This document shows, piece after piece, positions 1-14,281 of a stretch of DNA of 64,000 bases. Position 1 is the first letter of the stretch. Each line of letters opens with the position of its first letter. The stretch is from Felis catus. Taxonomy: Eukaryota. The position numbers were made by a program, and so were the translations under genes. The notes below the pieces were generated by a model that saw nothing but the letters and a program-made list of their open reading frames with translations, searched no databases and was not told where the DNA came from. Location: NCBI RefSeq assembly GCF_018350175.1, contig NC_058383.1:12340001-12404000 (forward strand), in the 5' to 3' direction.

Positions 1-1470
1 GGGGCCCGCATCCCCAGCATCCAATTCTTCCTGGAAATAATATACCGTTTCTCCCCGGAAAGTGTGAAATGCTTTAAACTAAATTGGAACGGCTGCACAC
101 CCCTCTGATAAACGAAAGCTAGATGTGCTAATCGGATCCTGCCTTTCCTCCCTGGCTGGGCCCTGGGGACCCCCTTCAGCCCACTCACCCGTTTTTATCG
201 AGGGATGGGAAATACATCTCACTTTTTATTCAAAGTAGTCATCTTCTACAACAATGTCACAATCCCGTAAAAAACGGCAGGGGGAAGGGAACTTCAGTCT
301 TCAATAAGGGAACAAAAAGCAACATCGACTGCTACTTTAGGGATATTGATCTTTGTAGAATTTCCTCTCCCCATTCGTAAGAGGCTTCTGGGGGCGCTGG
401 GCTATCACGTGATAGCCCTTGGTAAGTGCTACTTGTCGGAGGGCAATGGAGGGTACTGAGGTATTTCTCAAATCGTGGCCCTTGCGTCGGTCAAAAATAC
501 GCATATTCCCGGATGCCACTCTCCGATCTGTTGAATCGGAAGCTCTGAGGGGTAGGGCCCCAAAGCAGAAATGCCCGAAGCTCTTCGAGTGATTCTCACA
601 TGTGCTGAGGTTCCAAGACCGTTGGCATCATGAATGACGATGACCGTTGGCATCACAAACCCCGAGCTTTAGGGTCAGAAAGAACAAGGTTTGATGACCC
701 AGCGGCCAGCTTAGTACACAAGGGAAATCAACCACTCTAAGGAGACACATCTAAGATTCCTTGGCTTGCCTGGGTAAACAAAAGGTATTTACGAAGACCG
801 GTGGCTCAAAACGCCAGCGTCACAAACATTTTCTAGGCAATAAACTAACGAGCTTTATTTCATGAAGGGTCCAGTGCTGTGTTCAGTGTTACACTTACTT
901 GCGTGGTTTCTGTCTTTCTCGACTCCTTTTATTTTATCATAACTTGGGCCCTAGGCACTGCCTTTTGAAACCTACCCATTCTGCATATGGCCACGTGGTG
1001 GACGCCACAGGAAAGCGTCTGCACTGAAACATGACTTGCATTCAGACGTCCAGCCTCCGTGATTACTTGGACACAGGTCGACAGATTCTCAACTCAGAAA
1101 TAGCCACAGGGCTGACCCGAGAAAGCCTGGGATCTGGGCAGTGGGCGCTTTGATCGGTAGGGATTCCCAAGCCGTTTTGAGTCTGGTGAACACCCAGCAG
1201 AGCCGAGGCCCCCGCACGTAGTGATGAATTGGGTTAAAGGATGGATGTGTGGGTTTCTTAAGTTTGCTCTGATTGTAATGGTAGAAAACACGTTAAATGA
1301 GCTTAAGGGGATGATGGTGATGATGATGATGGCGATGGTGATGATGATGGGGCATTTCCAAGAACCCAACGGAAAGCTGGGCCACCCAACCAACAGAAAG
1401 ATAGGGAGCCAGGACGGCTCTTGGGTTTTCAAAAGGCAGCATTGATTGGTCTTGGTTCTAGCACCCTGAT

Positions 1471-1700
1471 TTTTTTTTTAATTTTTTTTTAAGTTTTATT
1501 TATTTATTTTTTTTTTGAGACAGGGAGAGACAGAGCATGAACAGGGGAGGGTCAGAGAGAGGGAGACACAGAATCTGAAACAGGCTCCAGCCTCTGAGCT
1601 GTCCGCACAGAGCCCGACGCGGGGCTCGAACTCACGGACCGCGAGATCATGACCTGAGCCGAAGTCGGCCGCTTAAGCGACTGAGCCACCCAGGTGCCCC
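1471..1700 (-). mobile_element. Felid CAN-SINE (SINEC_Fc type)
   Basis: tRNA-like head, (CT)n and A tail; TSD tctagcaccctgatttt on both sides. Confidence 0.95.
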
Positions 1701-3489
1701 TCTAGCACCCTGATTTTACTTGACTCTGTTCCCGACACCCACTCCGTCCAGAGAGAGATCCTAGTGATCCCCACGTCGGTCACTTACCCCGTGATTCAAT
1801 GTGCCATGGCTTGGAGGCAAGTGTCACACAGTGTTCTAGAAGCCTAGCCCTGTGAGTGGGGTGGCCCATTTCCCCAAACAGCAATCCTAGGTAACCCCGC
1901 TGGCATTTACCATGATCAAAAAAAAACAAAAAACAAAAAACGAAGCCAAGTGGAGTAGCTTGTGAGCTCACAGAGACTGGAAGCCAATGGAGGGCAGGAC
2001 CTATGCCTGATTCATCTCTCTCACACCTCCTGCAAGGGCTCAGTGGCTGGGAACACCAGTTTTGGACTCAACCTGCCTCGGTGTGAATTGCCACTCTCCT
2101 TGGACATGTGCCTCAACTCTCAAGCTACTGTTTATTCATCTGTAAAATAAAGGTAGTGCCAGCATCTGACTCCAGGCTGTTGCAAGGAGAAAATGTGAAT
2201 ACTGGCACCAACCTAGCACCACAGGGTCCACCCTCTTCCAAGCACTACTGGGAAAATGGCAGCCCCAGCCCGGGGTGGGGGGAAGGTACAAACCTCATTA
2301 ACGGAGAGCGGCATGACTGTTTTTCAACCTGAACCTATCGGATAATGACTAATCTCTTGAAATCTGAAAGAAACACCCCAAGGGCAGCTGTCCAGCGTTT
2401 TCAGGAAGGTCCCTTAACAACGAGGTGCCCTGCATGATAAACCAGTCCCAACACCCTTCCGTGCGGCCTCCATGGCAGAGCTCCTTGGTGTCTTCCCTGA
2501 CGTCAGAATAGCCGCTGGATGCTCTGCTTCTGTGATGGGAATCATTCAGATGCTCACTTGATATAATGGACTGAGAAGTTCGTTGGAGTCTTGTCCTCCT
2601 CTACCCTCACCGCCAGCCTCTCCTCCTCAGGGCTGGGAGTAGAAACGGGGTCCGGAATCCCACTAGAAGGTAAGATCTGTGCCCACACCCAGAAAGTGCC
2701 TGGAGAGGTCAGGACCTACCTAGGGCAAGGCTTCAAGGAGGCCCAGGGGGCTTACAGCCAAGCCTTGGGACATCGGCAACGTGGGGGTTCTGGAGTCCCA
2801 TCCCTGTGGCCAAGTCTGTTGCCAACACAAGGTCTCAAGGAAATCGCTGGGCGGTGCTGGACAGCACCCCTGAGGGCATCCCCCTCTGATTGTGATGGGA
2901 CTATGTGAACCCTCGAGTTCACGTACAGTCCAATGAGGGAGACGCCCCAAATACCAGACTTCTCAATCATCTCGGCCCGTTTAGATTTAGGTTTTTTTAT
3001 TTAACAAGTGCGACATTTCTTGCACTTTCAACTACCCGGAGAATACACACTAATGTCATCTAGCCTCCCGCCTGTTCCCCGAGGTGGGCTTTGCCCCCCC
3101 CCCTTTTCTGTGGGGGCAATTCCCTCAACAGCTGCTATTCAGTGATTAGAATCGGAGACAGGACAAAGCAAAGCATGGGATCAAGTGATCAGTGATTTAA
3201 CTCTTCCGGCGGCTTCAATGGCATGCCCGTAACTGCAAAATGAGGGTAGAGCCTGCCAGGTGTGAGCCCACAAACTGGCTTCAACCCACAAAAAGCCAAT
3301 GGGGCCTGGGCACTGGAGATAGGACCCAGACCACGTAAGGTCCAGGAACAGAGGGGAGAGGCTCTCAGAAATGGCCCAGCAGCAGGGAAGACAGGCAGAG
3401 AGAAACAGGGGAGCTCAGATAAGGGCCCGAATAACCAGCCCCTAGAGGGAAGCAGCTCGAGGAACTCCAGCATTACAAAAATAACTCTA

Positions 3490-6014
3490 GATTTTGGATA
3501 CACACCCTTTATCAGATATGTCCTTTGCAAATATCTTCCTTCCCCCATTCCGTAGGCTACCTTTCAGTTTTGTTGACTGTTTCCTTCGCTGTGCAGAAGC
3601 TTTTCACCTTGACGCGGTCCCAAGAGTTCACGGTTTGCTTGCGTTGCCCTTGCCTTTGGCGATGGGTCTAGTAAGAAGTTGCCGCGGCCCAGGTCAGAGA
3701 GGTTGTTGCCTGCTTCCTCCTTGAGGATTCTGATGGCTTCCCGTCTTACGTTTAGGTCTTTCATCCATTTTGAGTTTATTTTTGTGTATGGTGTAAGAAA
3801 GTGGTCCAGGTTCATTTTTTTGCACGATGCTGTCCAGTTTTCCCAAAACCACGTGTTGAAGAGACTGCCTTTACCCCGTTGGATGTTCTTTCCTGCTTTG
3901 TCGAGGATGACCTAACCATACTGTGGTGGGTCCATTCCTGGGTTTTCTATTCTGTCCCATCGATCTGTGTGTCTGTGGGCCAGTACCGCACTGTCTGGAT
4001 GACTACAGCTTTGTAATACAGCTTGAAATCCAGAATCGTGATGCCTCCCGTTCTGTTCCTCTCTTCCAGGATTGCTTTTGGTATTCAGGGTCTTTTGTGG
4101 TTCCATAAAAATTGCAGGACTGTTTTTCTAGCTCTGCAAAGAATGCCTCTGGTATTTTGATAGGGGTCGCATTAAATACGTAGATTGCTTTGGATAGTAT
4201 AGACATTTTAACAATGTTTGTTCTTCCAGTCCATGAGCATGGAATGTTTTCCCATTTCTTTGTGTCTTCTTTTCTCTCTTAAGTGTTCTATCATTTTCAG
4301 AGTACAGATCTTTTACCTTTTGAGATAGGTTCGTTCCTAGGTATCATATTGTTTTGGGTGTGATGGTGGACGGGGTCGATTCTCTGATTTCTTTTTCTGC
4401 CGCTTCGTTATCGGTGTATAGAAATGCAACAGATGTCTGCACGTTGATTTTATATCCCGCGACTTTGCGGAATTTATGTATTAGTTCCAGCAATGTTTTG
4501 GTGGAGTCTTTCGGGTTTTCCACGTATAGTGTCAAATAGCAAAAATTTGACTTCTTCCTTGCTGATTTGTATGCCCTTTATTTCTTTTTGTTGTCTGATT
4601 GCTGAGGCTAAGACTTCCAGTGGTATATTAAATAGTAATGGTGAGAGCGGGCATCCTTGTCTTGTTCCTGACCGTGGGGGAAAGGCTCTCAGCTTTTCTC
4701 CCATTGAGAATGATGTCAGTTGTGGATCTTTTGTATACGGTCTTTATGATGTTGAGGTATGTTCCGTCTATCCCTACTTTGTTAAGGGTTCGTATCAAGA
4801 AAGGAAGCCATATTTTGTCAAATGCTTTTTCTGCACCTATGGACAGGATCATATGGTTCTTATCCTTTTTTTTATGAAACTCAACATCCAAAAAACAAAC
4901 AACCCAATTAAGAAATGAGCGATAGACATGAACAGACACTGACCCAAGAAGACATCCAGATGACTAACAGACACATGAAAAGATGTTCAACATCACTCAT
5001 CATAATGGAAATACAAATCAAAACCACAATGAGATATCACCTTACACCTGTTAGAATGGCTAAAATTAACAACACAAGAAACAACAGGTGTTGGTGAGGA
5101 TGTGGAGAAAGGGGAACCTTCTTGCATGGCTAGTGGGAATGCAAACTGGTGCAGCCACTCTGGAGAACAGTATGGAGGCTCCTCAAAAAATTAAAAATAG
5201 AAGTACCCTATGACCCAGCAATTACACTATTAAGTATTTACCCAAGTGACACAAAAACACGGATTTGAAGGGGTACATGCACCCCAATGTTTATAACAGG
5301 ATTATCAATAATAGCTAAACTGTGGAGAGAGCCCAAATGTCCATTGACTGATGAATGGAAAAGAAGATGTGGTATAGATATAATGGAATATTACTCAGCC
5401 ATAAAAAATGAAATCTCGCCATTTGCAACGAAGTGGATAAGCTAGGATATACTATGATAAGCAAAATAAAGTCAATCAGAGAAAGACAAATATCATGATT
5501 TCACTCATATGTGGAATTTAAGAAACAAAACAGATGAACGTATAGGAAGTGAGGCAAGGGGAGAAAAAAGGGAAACAAGCCACAAGAGACTCTTAATGAT
5601 AGAGAACCAACTGAGGGTCAATGGAGGGAGGTGGGTGGGAGATGGGTTAGATGGGTGATGGGTATTAAGAAGGGCACTTGGGGGGCACCTGGGTGGCGCA
5701 GTCGGTTAAGCGTCCGACTTCAGCCAGGTCACGATCTCGCGGTCCGTGAGTTTGAGCCCCGCGTCGGGCTCTGGGCTGATGGCTCAGAGCCTGGAGCCTG
5801 TTTCCGATTCTGTGTCTCCCTCTCTCTCTGCCCCTCCCCCGTTTATGCTCTGTCTCTCTCTGTCCCAAAAATAAATAAACGTTGAAAAAAAAATTTAAAA
5901 AAAGTAGGGCACTTGGGATGAGCACTGGGTGTTGTATGTAAGTGATGAATCACTGAATTCTACTCCTGAAACCAATATTGCACTGTATATTGGCTAACTA
6001 AAACATAAATATAG
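3490..6014. mobile_element. Carnivore L1, 5'-truncated with 5' inversion (about 3490-4875 minus, ORF2 RT region; about 4876-6014 plus, ORF2 end and 3'UTR)
   Basis: ORF2 peptides [39 protein letters not shown] (minus) and [11 protein letters not shown] (plus); TSD aaaataactc at 3478-3487 and 6015-6024. Confidence 0.92.
5682..5901 (+). mobile_element. Young felid SINE nested in the L1 3'UTR
   Basis: Near-consensus body; TSD aag(a/t)agggcacttg. Confidence 0.95.
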
Positions 6015-6059
6015 AAAATAACTCCAAACCAAGGTCTTTATAATTATCTTAACAATCGT

Positions 6060-6270
6060 TAAGCCTGGGTGGCTCGGTCGGTTAAGCGTCCGACTCTTAA
6101 TTTCAGCTCAGGTCATGATCTCACAGTTCATGAGTTCGAGACACCCATCAGGCTCTGCACTGACAACATGGAGACTGTTTGGGACTCTGTCTCTCTTCCT
6201 TTCTCTCGGCCCTGCTTACATACTCTCTCCTTCTCTCAAGATAAATTAATAAACATTTAAAAAATAATAA
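6060..6270 (+). mobile_element. Older CAN-SINE
   Basis: gcctgggtggctcggtcggttaagcgtccgact... with (CT)n and A tail. Confidence 0.85.
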
Positions 6271-6637
6271 TCATCGTCAAGTTTTATGATGATCGGTGCA
6301 TTATGCCAAGCACTTTACATACATTCATTTCACCTAATTCTCCCAGCAACTTTGGCAAGTGGTATTAAGAACCCCACCCTACAGAGGGGGAAACAGAGCA
6401 CATGACTTAGCCAAGATCTCTCAGCTGGTAAGCAAATAGAACACTCGCCTCTTGAAACAGCAAATCCTCATTTTCCATCCTGTGCACAGGAAAACCTGCC
6501 CTGGGACTTGGGCACATCCAATCCTAACAGAGAAGACTGCAACCCTGGATGGGTAGAGGGCACCATGGGGCAGAGGCCAGACCCCTCTGACAGTCTTCCC
6601 ACTGTGACAGAAGCAGCAAACAGAATTGACTCAAAGT

Positions 6638-7100
6638 ACGGTCGATTCTTGTGACTCACAGTAATCACGTTCCCTAAAGTCACCATGAACACCATGAATC
6701 AGCAAATACTGAACCGTTGCTCCTAGGGGAAATACACAGTTAGGTTCCTGTGAGCCTCCAGTCACAACTTTTTCAACAGCCACATCAATATATAACCTTG
6801 TTTTCCGTGTCTGTTTAAAGACACTTTATTAAATATATATTGTTGATTCGTTAACATGGCGCTCACAGCCAATAGCGCCATAACTCTGCCCCGACAAAGC
6901 TGATCTAACACACGTGTTTTCCGTCACTCGATTCACCTTCTTGCCCGTGGGCACACAGAACTGTGAAAAACGTGGCCCAAAGTGGACCACAACAAGGACG
7001 CTTGTTCATCGTGTGAGAGCTGCTCACAAAAAGGGCGTCGCCTCGTGCCATCTCACCCGGGAATGTGCGCGTTGGGCGACTCAGATTTGTCTGCCCTTCT
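6638..7100. mobile_element. Tigger-family DNA transposon relic (MER82-like)
   Basis: Matches recalled consensus: aatactgaacc.ttgctcctaggggaaatac...gttaggttcctg.gagcct...gggaa.gtgcgcgt.gggcgactca. Confidence 0.7.
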
Positions 7101-8399
7101 CGATTCCTCCTCTCTCGGCTCCGGGAGACGGACGACACAGCAGAAGAACAAGAGCTGGTTTGCGCGGGCCCGGCGAACCCCGTCACACGGCAGGCGTGCC
7201 CGGTGGGAGTTTGCAGAGTCAAGTGCAGGCACTGAATCCCAACACATCACAGCCCCAAAGTCTTCATCATCCAGCGTTTTCCAGGCCATTCATTTCACCA
7301 AACAGACAAATATCTGCATTTTTGTAGATGAAATGAAGGCAGAAGGAGCTATTTCCAAAGACAGATGACTGTCCTTTTTCCTTCAGCAAAGTTTAAAAAG
7401 GTAAAAATTATCATATTATGGGCACAGTGGTCATGGAGAGAAAATGAGGCCACTGCTCAACAGGGGAAATGGCTCTCCCTGCATGGGAATGTTTTAGCAT
7501 TAAATTAACTCTCCTATCTCCTGCCTGCTAATAGGAAAGCTTTCACCTCTCTGTTTGGCAGGGGATCCGCATTTGCATTTAGATGGACCTGTTGGAGGGA
7601 TCTCCATCCCTTATTTACAATAGCAGCCAAGTGATAAAATGATGATCACCTAAGTGGTTGTTTCCCTGGTTTCGATAGGGCTCGAACCAGAACGGGGAAG
7701 GCTGTCATCTGACTTAGTCAATGAACGGAAGGGAGAGTTGGCCCACATGGTGAGCGTTCCCTGGCCCCCTTGACAAGTCGGAGGCGTGCTCTGTCCCTCT
7801 GGCAGAGGGATGCCGGGAGGAGAAGTGACAGCGTCTGTTGCGGCGGCTGCTGCTGCTTCCGGGACGGAGTCCACGTTGCCGTGGCGAATTTTCTCGCATC
7901 CCATTTGGGGCAGACAGCACGTGGACTGCTGTTCCCGGTTTTTCAGGAGGTGGGATGCGATGGTTCTCCCGCGGCCATACCTAGAAAATGGCCACGTGGG
8001 AGTGAGATCCTGATCCCAACACACACTGCCCACTGCCAACAAGCCGCCTTACCGTCCATCCGTCCGTCCGTCCGTCCGTCCGTCCCTCCGATATCCTGAG
8101 CAGCTAGAACGGAAGGCATGTTGTTGTGGGAATCCAGAGCACTCGGGAGCCATTCTGACTTCTGCAACTAACCATGTGACGTGGGGCAGCTCCCTGCCAC
8201 ACTCAGACATATTTTCAACCTCAACGTTTTCACCTGTGAAAGGGAAGGGTTTGGACAAAGGTATAGGTAGGACAAGCTTGCCTCTCTTGTCTGAACGTTC
8301 TGGATCTAACATCACATATGCGCCCATCCTCTGGACCGTGGGAGCAAAACAAGCAGCCGTTGGAGCTACGGAGAAAGTCATTCTATTCCCAGGCCCGCA

Positions 8400-8578
8400 G
8401 CAGTGTGTCCCAGGCTCTAGCTGCCATTTGAATCACCTGGAGGGCTTGTTAAAATAGTTTCCTGGGCCCCAGAGTTCTGATTTCGGTGAGTCCGGGGTGG
8501 GGCCCAAGAATCTGCGTGTCTAACAAACTCATGCTGCTTGTCCCGAGATGACACATGAACTTTGAGAACCACTGCTCT
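8400..8578. mobile_element. MER5A-like hAT relic
   Basis: gaatcacctggagggcttgttaaaa...ggggtggggcccaagaatctgc...ctttgagaaccactg. Confidence 0.7.
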
Positions 8579-9173
8579 AGAGACAGAGAAAGCTCAGATC
8601 CCTGCAGGAAGGACTATTGTTGCACATCTGTGAAGACATATTACAGCACAAGCCCAACCAATGAAGCATCTCACCATCCAAGTGCCCCTATTGGCCAGGG
8701 GTATAACGACCGCCGTCAGTGACCAGAACAACCCAGGGGAAAGAGGAAGTGATCTCGTAAGGCGCCAGTGGGAAAAGTCTTAACTTCGAAGAAACTACAC
8801 AGCCAAGTCATGCCAGGTCTTTGGGAAGCTGGTCATATGGGCGTTGGTCATACGTCCTGTAATCAAGAGACGCGTAACATCCCTTTATCGGGTCGTAGAT
8901 ACAAAGATAGGCAGGCCTGGACCCAAATCAACTAAATGGATCTAGAAGAGTAGCACCCAACCCAGGGTGACCCAGGAAGACCAGAGAAAGGAAGCCCTGA
9001 CTTCATAGCACTTAAGCTGTTCCTCTAGACCCAGAAAACACACACACTAATCGGCTTTCGTTTCACTTGCTTAAACACTGGAATCTACCCACCCATCCCA
9101 GCCCAGAAAGAGTTACTACAAAGCAAACTTCACATCTCTGTGGCCAGGCACCAATAATCCCCAGTGGTGTGGA

Positions 9174-9376
9174 GGGCACCCGGGTGGCTCAGTCAGTTGA
9201 GCGTCCAACTTGAGCTCAAGTCACGGTCTCCCAGTTCGTGGGTTCGAGCCCCACATCGGGCTCGCTGCTGTCGGCACAGAGGCGGCTTCGGATCCTCTGT
9301 CCCCCTGTCTCTCCGCCCCTCTCTCGCTCCTGCTCTCTCTGTGTCTCAAAAAAATTATTAAACATTAAAAAAAAAG
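9174..9376 (+). mobile_element. CAN-SINE
   Basis: Head, CT tract and A tail. Confidence 0.9.
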
Positions 9377-10457
9377 AGAACCCCCAACAGGTTCGGGTAA
9401 GGAAATGGTCTCCGAGAGTTCCCACGCAGATGAAATTCCCTGATACCGAGGGTCCCGGTATTAAAGGCAATTTGTTGCTCTGAAGAGAATGTCCCCTCCT
9501 ATTATGGGTGAAAAAACCACCCTCAATAAAAAGGAGTGACTTAATAAAGACGGGGAGACCCAGTCTGCCTGGGCAGATCATGCTGTTTCCGTGGACCCCA
9601 TGGAAACAAGACAGTGAGGTGGGCAGCCGTCGTGGCAGCTCCCTCAGAGACCAGCTGTCCCCACCTTAAGGACAGATGCTTCTATGGGAGCAGTAAAGTA
9701 GAGGCAATTTCCTATCAGCCACACTAAACAATGAGAAAAGCCGCCCAGCGTCCAAAACAGATTTTCTCCAGTGTATGATCTTTAGTCTCAGAATGGCATG
9801 TATCCATCACCTGTCTGCCTGCAACATCACACACACACACACACACACACGCACGCACACTCTCTATCTTATTCTCCACCTCCCCTCGGTGCTACCCATC
9901 AGTCGAGGTCAAGGACTCCGGTGAGAAAGACCTAATGAAAGAGGGAAACAGAAGAGGCATATTAACTTATGATAATGGAGTGTCCTACCCCGCTAGGCAC
10001 TTGACCAATATACCCTTTTATAGTCCCCGTGCCACGTGTTTTTCTGCATCAATTTAGCCGAGATGGAATCATGTTTCCCAGAATGTCCTTCCCTGCCCGG
10101 CTCTGGGTTAGGGCGGGCCACAGCAGACATTTGACGTGAGATTTGGAAAGTGCGCCCGGAACCAGCAGCCATAGTCTTTATTCGCTTGGAAGGTTGGTGC
10201 TGGGCATGTCTGTTTCAGTTCAAGGGTACCATCGCTCACCTCTGGGACACCTGGTTGGCACAGCGAGGCACCTTGCTGGTCACGCAGCCGATTAACGGTA
10301 GATCCGAAATCCCAGCCCCCAGTCTGGTGAGTCAGGCAGTCCAAACTCATGGGGCAGGGGCAGTGAGGGTCTCCCTGGAAATGTGCCATCTTTAACTTGA
10401 AAGAGACAGGAGGTCCCCGTCTGCTTTGTGTCCTTTTAAGTAATAAAATAGGCATAT

Positions 10458-10686
10458 GGGGCGCCTGGGTGGCTCAGTCAGTTAAGTGTCCCACCTCAGC
10501 TCAGGTCACGATCTCGCGGTTCGTGGGTTCGAGCCCCACGTCGGGCTCCATGCTGACAGCTCAGAGCCTGGAGCCTGCTTCGGATTCTGTGCCTCCCTCC
10601 CTCTCTCTTCCTCCCCTGCTCATGCTCTGTCTCTCTCTCTCTCTCTGTCTCTCCCGCTCAAAAAATAAACATTAAAAAAAAAAAAG
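10458..10686 (+). mobile_element. CAN-SINE
   Basis: ggggcgcctgggtggctcagtc head, CT tract and A tail. Confidence 0.92.
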
Positions 10687-13600
10687 AAGAAGATGGGGGG
10701 GTGAGTGGAGAGGCTGACTGCCCCCGCCAGACACCGATGGAAAGCAAGTTAAAAGATCACCAGCTGTTCCTGTTGCTCTACCTCCAGCCCCCACTGTGGG
10801 GTAATGACCCCTGAGAGAGAAGAGGGACGGCCAGACAGAGCGCAGAGGAAAAACGTAGATGAAAAGAAATCAGAAGGCTTTTCCTCTCGTGTTTCAAGTA
10901 CCAAATTATGCTTGACATTTGAATTTTCCCCAAGGCTCACTTCCGTGAAATCATGCCAAATTACCCCGAAAGGGCTGGAGCTTCCCGGAGAGACTTTTGA
11001 CTGTAATCAAACAGGTTTCTTCCATTGTTCCAGACACTCGGCAAGGATCTAGAGGGGGGGGAGAGGGGCGGAAGGACCGGCGAGGGGGGAGCCGGCCGAG
11101 GCACGGGGTGGTGGCTGGCTGCCTTTCTGGTCCGTCAGGGACTCACCGCCAAGGAGCAGAGCGTGGGTACGGCCCCCCAAAATGCAGACAGCACCAAAGC
11201 ACATATGGCTACCGTTGATGGAGTTTCGTGCGAGGCGGGCCCTGGGCTGGGACCGTGTCTCGTTTGACCTTCACGACAGCCGGGCACTACTATTATTCAG
11301 CCTGCAGATAGGAACGTTGCGGTGGAAAAAGAGAAAGGAAGTTATCCCGGCCTCTTGGATGCCAGAGCCCGAGCTACAGGGACCACCGTACTGCCTGGAT
11401 GACCGGGTGCAATGCCAGTGCCGGAAGCAGAGGAAAGAGCCAGCAACGGGGCCCAGGTATCCCTGGATATCAAAATACCAATGGGCACCAGCGTTTGATC
11501 CAGTCAGCCAAACCACCCGCTGTCAGGGGCCTCGTCTAGACTAGCTGATGCTCACTGACTGATCAGAAAACGCTCATTCTATCGCGTTGTTCTTCTGGAC
11601 CCGTTGACGTCGGTGTTGGGTGGAAAGCACCTTTAGACCCAGCAGGGGCACACTGTTGCCAGAGGCCCAAATCGGCCCCCATTGCGACACGTCCTTCTGG
11701 GTCTACTCGGGAGCTGAGCCGGAGCCGGTCTCCGGGGGAACCTCGCTGGCTTTGTGAGTTGCCCACGGACCGTGGTTTGTATCCCTGTTCCCACTGTACT
11801 TTGCTCTGTCCAAGCACTGCATTTATCTCCCCGTGCACCGACACCAGGGTAACCAAGGTCGCCATCTTTCTCTCACCTGGATTGTTCCTAAAATCTCTTA
11901 ACAGTTCAACTCTTGACCCTTTGCATTTCTGCCAGAGCGATCCAGACCCTTCCACGGCCTCCCGCTGCTCTCAGGATCGAGCCCAGATGCCCCACGGACT
12001 GCATAAAGGCTCTGCTCCCCCGGGCCCTACCTAGGTCCACACCCTGCTCCTTGCCCTGTGCTCCATCCACTGGACAGAGTCATGTCTACAAGTCTACAAA
12101 TGCATTGTGATTTCTTTGGCCCCACACCTTTGCTGGTACCCTCACATCTTCATGCAAATAGAGCTGTAATGGCAGCAAGGGACGTATTCCAGGAAAACTC
12201 GTGCTCACTCTTCCGGTCCCATCCAATGCCACTTGTAGGCACAAGACCAGTTTATGGGTCAGCAGTCAACATAGAACAACTGACGCCACTTGGTCTCTAT
12301 GACAACCTCCCGGTTCCATGGGCTCGACCAAAGCGACCATGGGGGTCTCCACCATGAGTGACTATTGAACGGGCAACCCACGGAACCAACGAGCCATCCA
12401 GGGGTAAAGTCCACGACCAGGAAGTGATCCTCTAGCAGCATGGAACCCACAGTTAGCACCACGGAAAAAGCCAACTCTGACTCCCAAGTCACGGCACGCC
12501 AGGGAAGCGAACTTGGAAGATTATTTTTCTCGTTGTCCGAGTGAGGCTTCCTGAGACGCTTCTGCGGTCCTTACCTTCAGATTCAGCTCAGCTTCGCTGC
12601 AAAGACAGCATGATGCTCCACACAGTGAACCAAGCGTCCCTCTCTGCCGCACCCACCTCGCTCTGTGACCGTAGGCGCACTCTGCGCTCAGAGGCGTTGG
12701 TTCAGTCCGCGTGGCGCATGCCTTTCTATTCTTGCCGGGGAGCCTCTCAGAATCCCAGACCAATTAACTGGACCTTGATCTTTTTAGATCCAGTCAGCCT
12801 CTTTCACGGAGGGACTCCTGGCTTCCGGTGCCAATGAACTGTGAGCCCTCTGAGGTTCCTCGCCCGTGATCACTTAGGTCCTCCTGCCTTGGACTCCATA
12901 CTGACCCAAACCATTCCTAGGTCTCCCACTGCCCCTTTGAGTGCCAAAATTTGAACTTCCACTTATATCTCTTAGAGGCAACGCGGACCCGTTCAGCTAA
13001 CCTGTGCCTGGCACCTTCCTCTGCATTGTGACTCCCAATATTTCATTTTAATCGCACCGTCTCCCTTGCCGCAGGACATGCTGTGGCAATCTGCAAATGC
13101 CTGGTGACATCACTCGGCTTGGCGCTTGACATCGCATGGGTTTCCAGTGAATATCTGACTTGAACCATTAACAGTTTTAATTCACAGTGACCAACTGTGG
13201 CTACAAGTTGGAGCTCATGGCCACCAGAACCCCTTGTGTAAAATATGGCGGAGCTGTAAAGAGAGGTGTCAAAGGTTGGGTTTCCCAGGAAGGAGCTTCT
13301 GCAACGCGGAGAAAGTTTACTAGGAAGTGCTCCTGGAATCACACCTGGGAAAGGCGAGGGAAGGGAAGGGAGTGGGGCCGAGAAAGAAGTGAGCTACCAC
13401 GGAATCAGAAGGAAGGTCCCCGAAGACCCCTCGGGAAGCTGGAAGGCTCGGCTGGCACCTCAGAGCTGTCCAGGATTAACAAAAAGGGACTGAGCTTTTA
13501 ACCCTTGCGCTGGTCAACCCCTGGGTGCGGGTTGCCCCAGAACGCGTGTGTGATGTTGGGTGAGCACATTCAGCCCGAACATGTTCCTAAGAGAAAGGAA

Positions 13601-14200
13601 GGCTAAGAGCTATCTGCCGGCAGTATTTCCACCCGCAAAGAAATAAACCCTTCATCTTTCGAGGGGGACCTGACCGGCATATGTCGCCATCCAGCAAAGA
13701 GGCAGGCAATGCTCCCTCTTCTCCAACAAATCGACTCAGCCAGGTCAACCCGGTTCTGCTGCATGGAGGTGACTGACAGGTGTCCCAGCTGCAAAATGCA
13801 TAAAGTGGCTATTCACCAATATCGCCTTCCTGTCCCTTCCCCCTTTCCAATGCCCTTGGCCCATGATTTTGAGGGTCACAGTCTCATCCCCTTTCTAACT
13901 GAGTGACTTCCATCCAACCAGACTACATCTCCCCTTCTAAGATTAGCAGACGGCGGGTTCTCGGCTGAGGAAGAATTAAAGGCTGTCAGAACGAAGGATA
14001 CTAGGGCAAGGCCAGATAGGAAACCAGGACACCATGAACTAGAGACGTGGGAGCAGGAGTCGTAGGCCAGGTGGTAGCAGGGAGGACCAGCCAGGGTCTG
14101 AGGAATGGGAGATCAATGGAGGAGGCCAAGAGCTAGGAGGAGACGGAGAGAACAGAGCAGAACATTCACGGTCTGGCCTCAGTCTGGCTATGGGACCACA

Positions 14201-14281
14201 GACCATCCCTGGGAACCAACAATGGAGGACCATCCCTGGGAACCATCAATGGAGGACCATCCCTGGGAACCATCAATGGAG
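14201..14281. repeat. Tandem repeat, 3 x 27 bp
   Basis: Unit gaccatccctgggaacca(a/t)caatggag; copies 2 and 3 are identical. Confidence 0.95.

Noticed and set aside
3564..5097. Reverse-transcriptase-like ORFs as an active element or novel RT system
   Set aside because: Fragmented, frameshifted ORF2 of a truncated, inverted L1.
14201..14281. CRISPR-like direct repeats
   Set aside because: Head-to-tail copies without spacers, in mammalian DNA with no cas genes.
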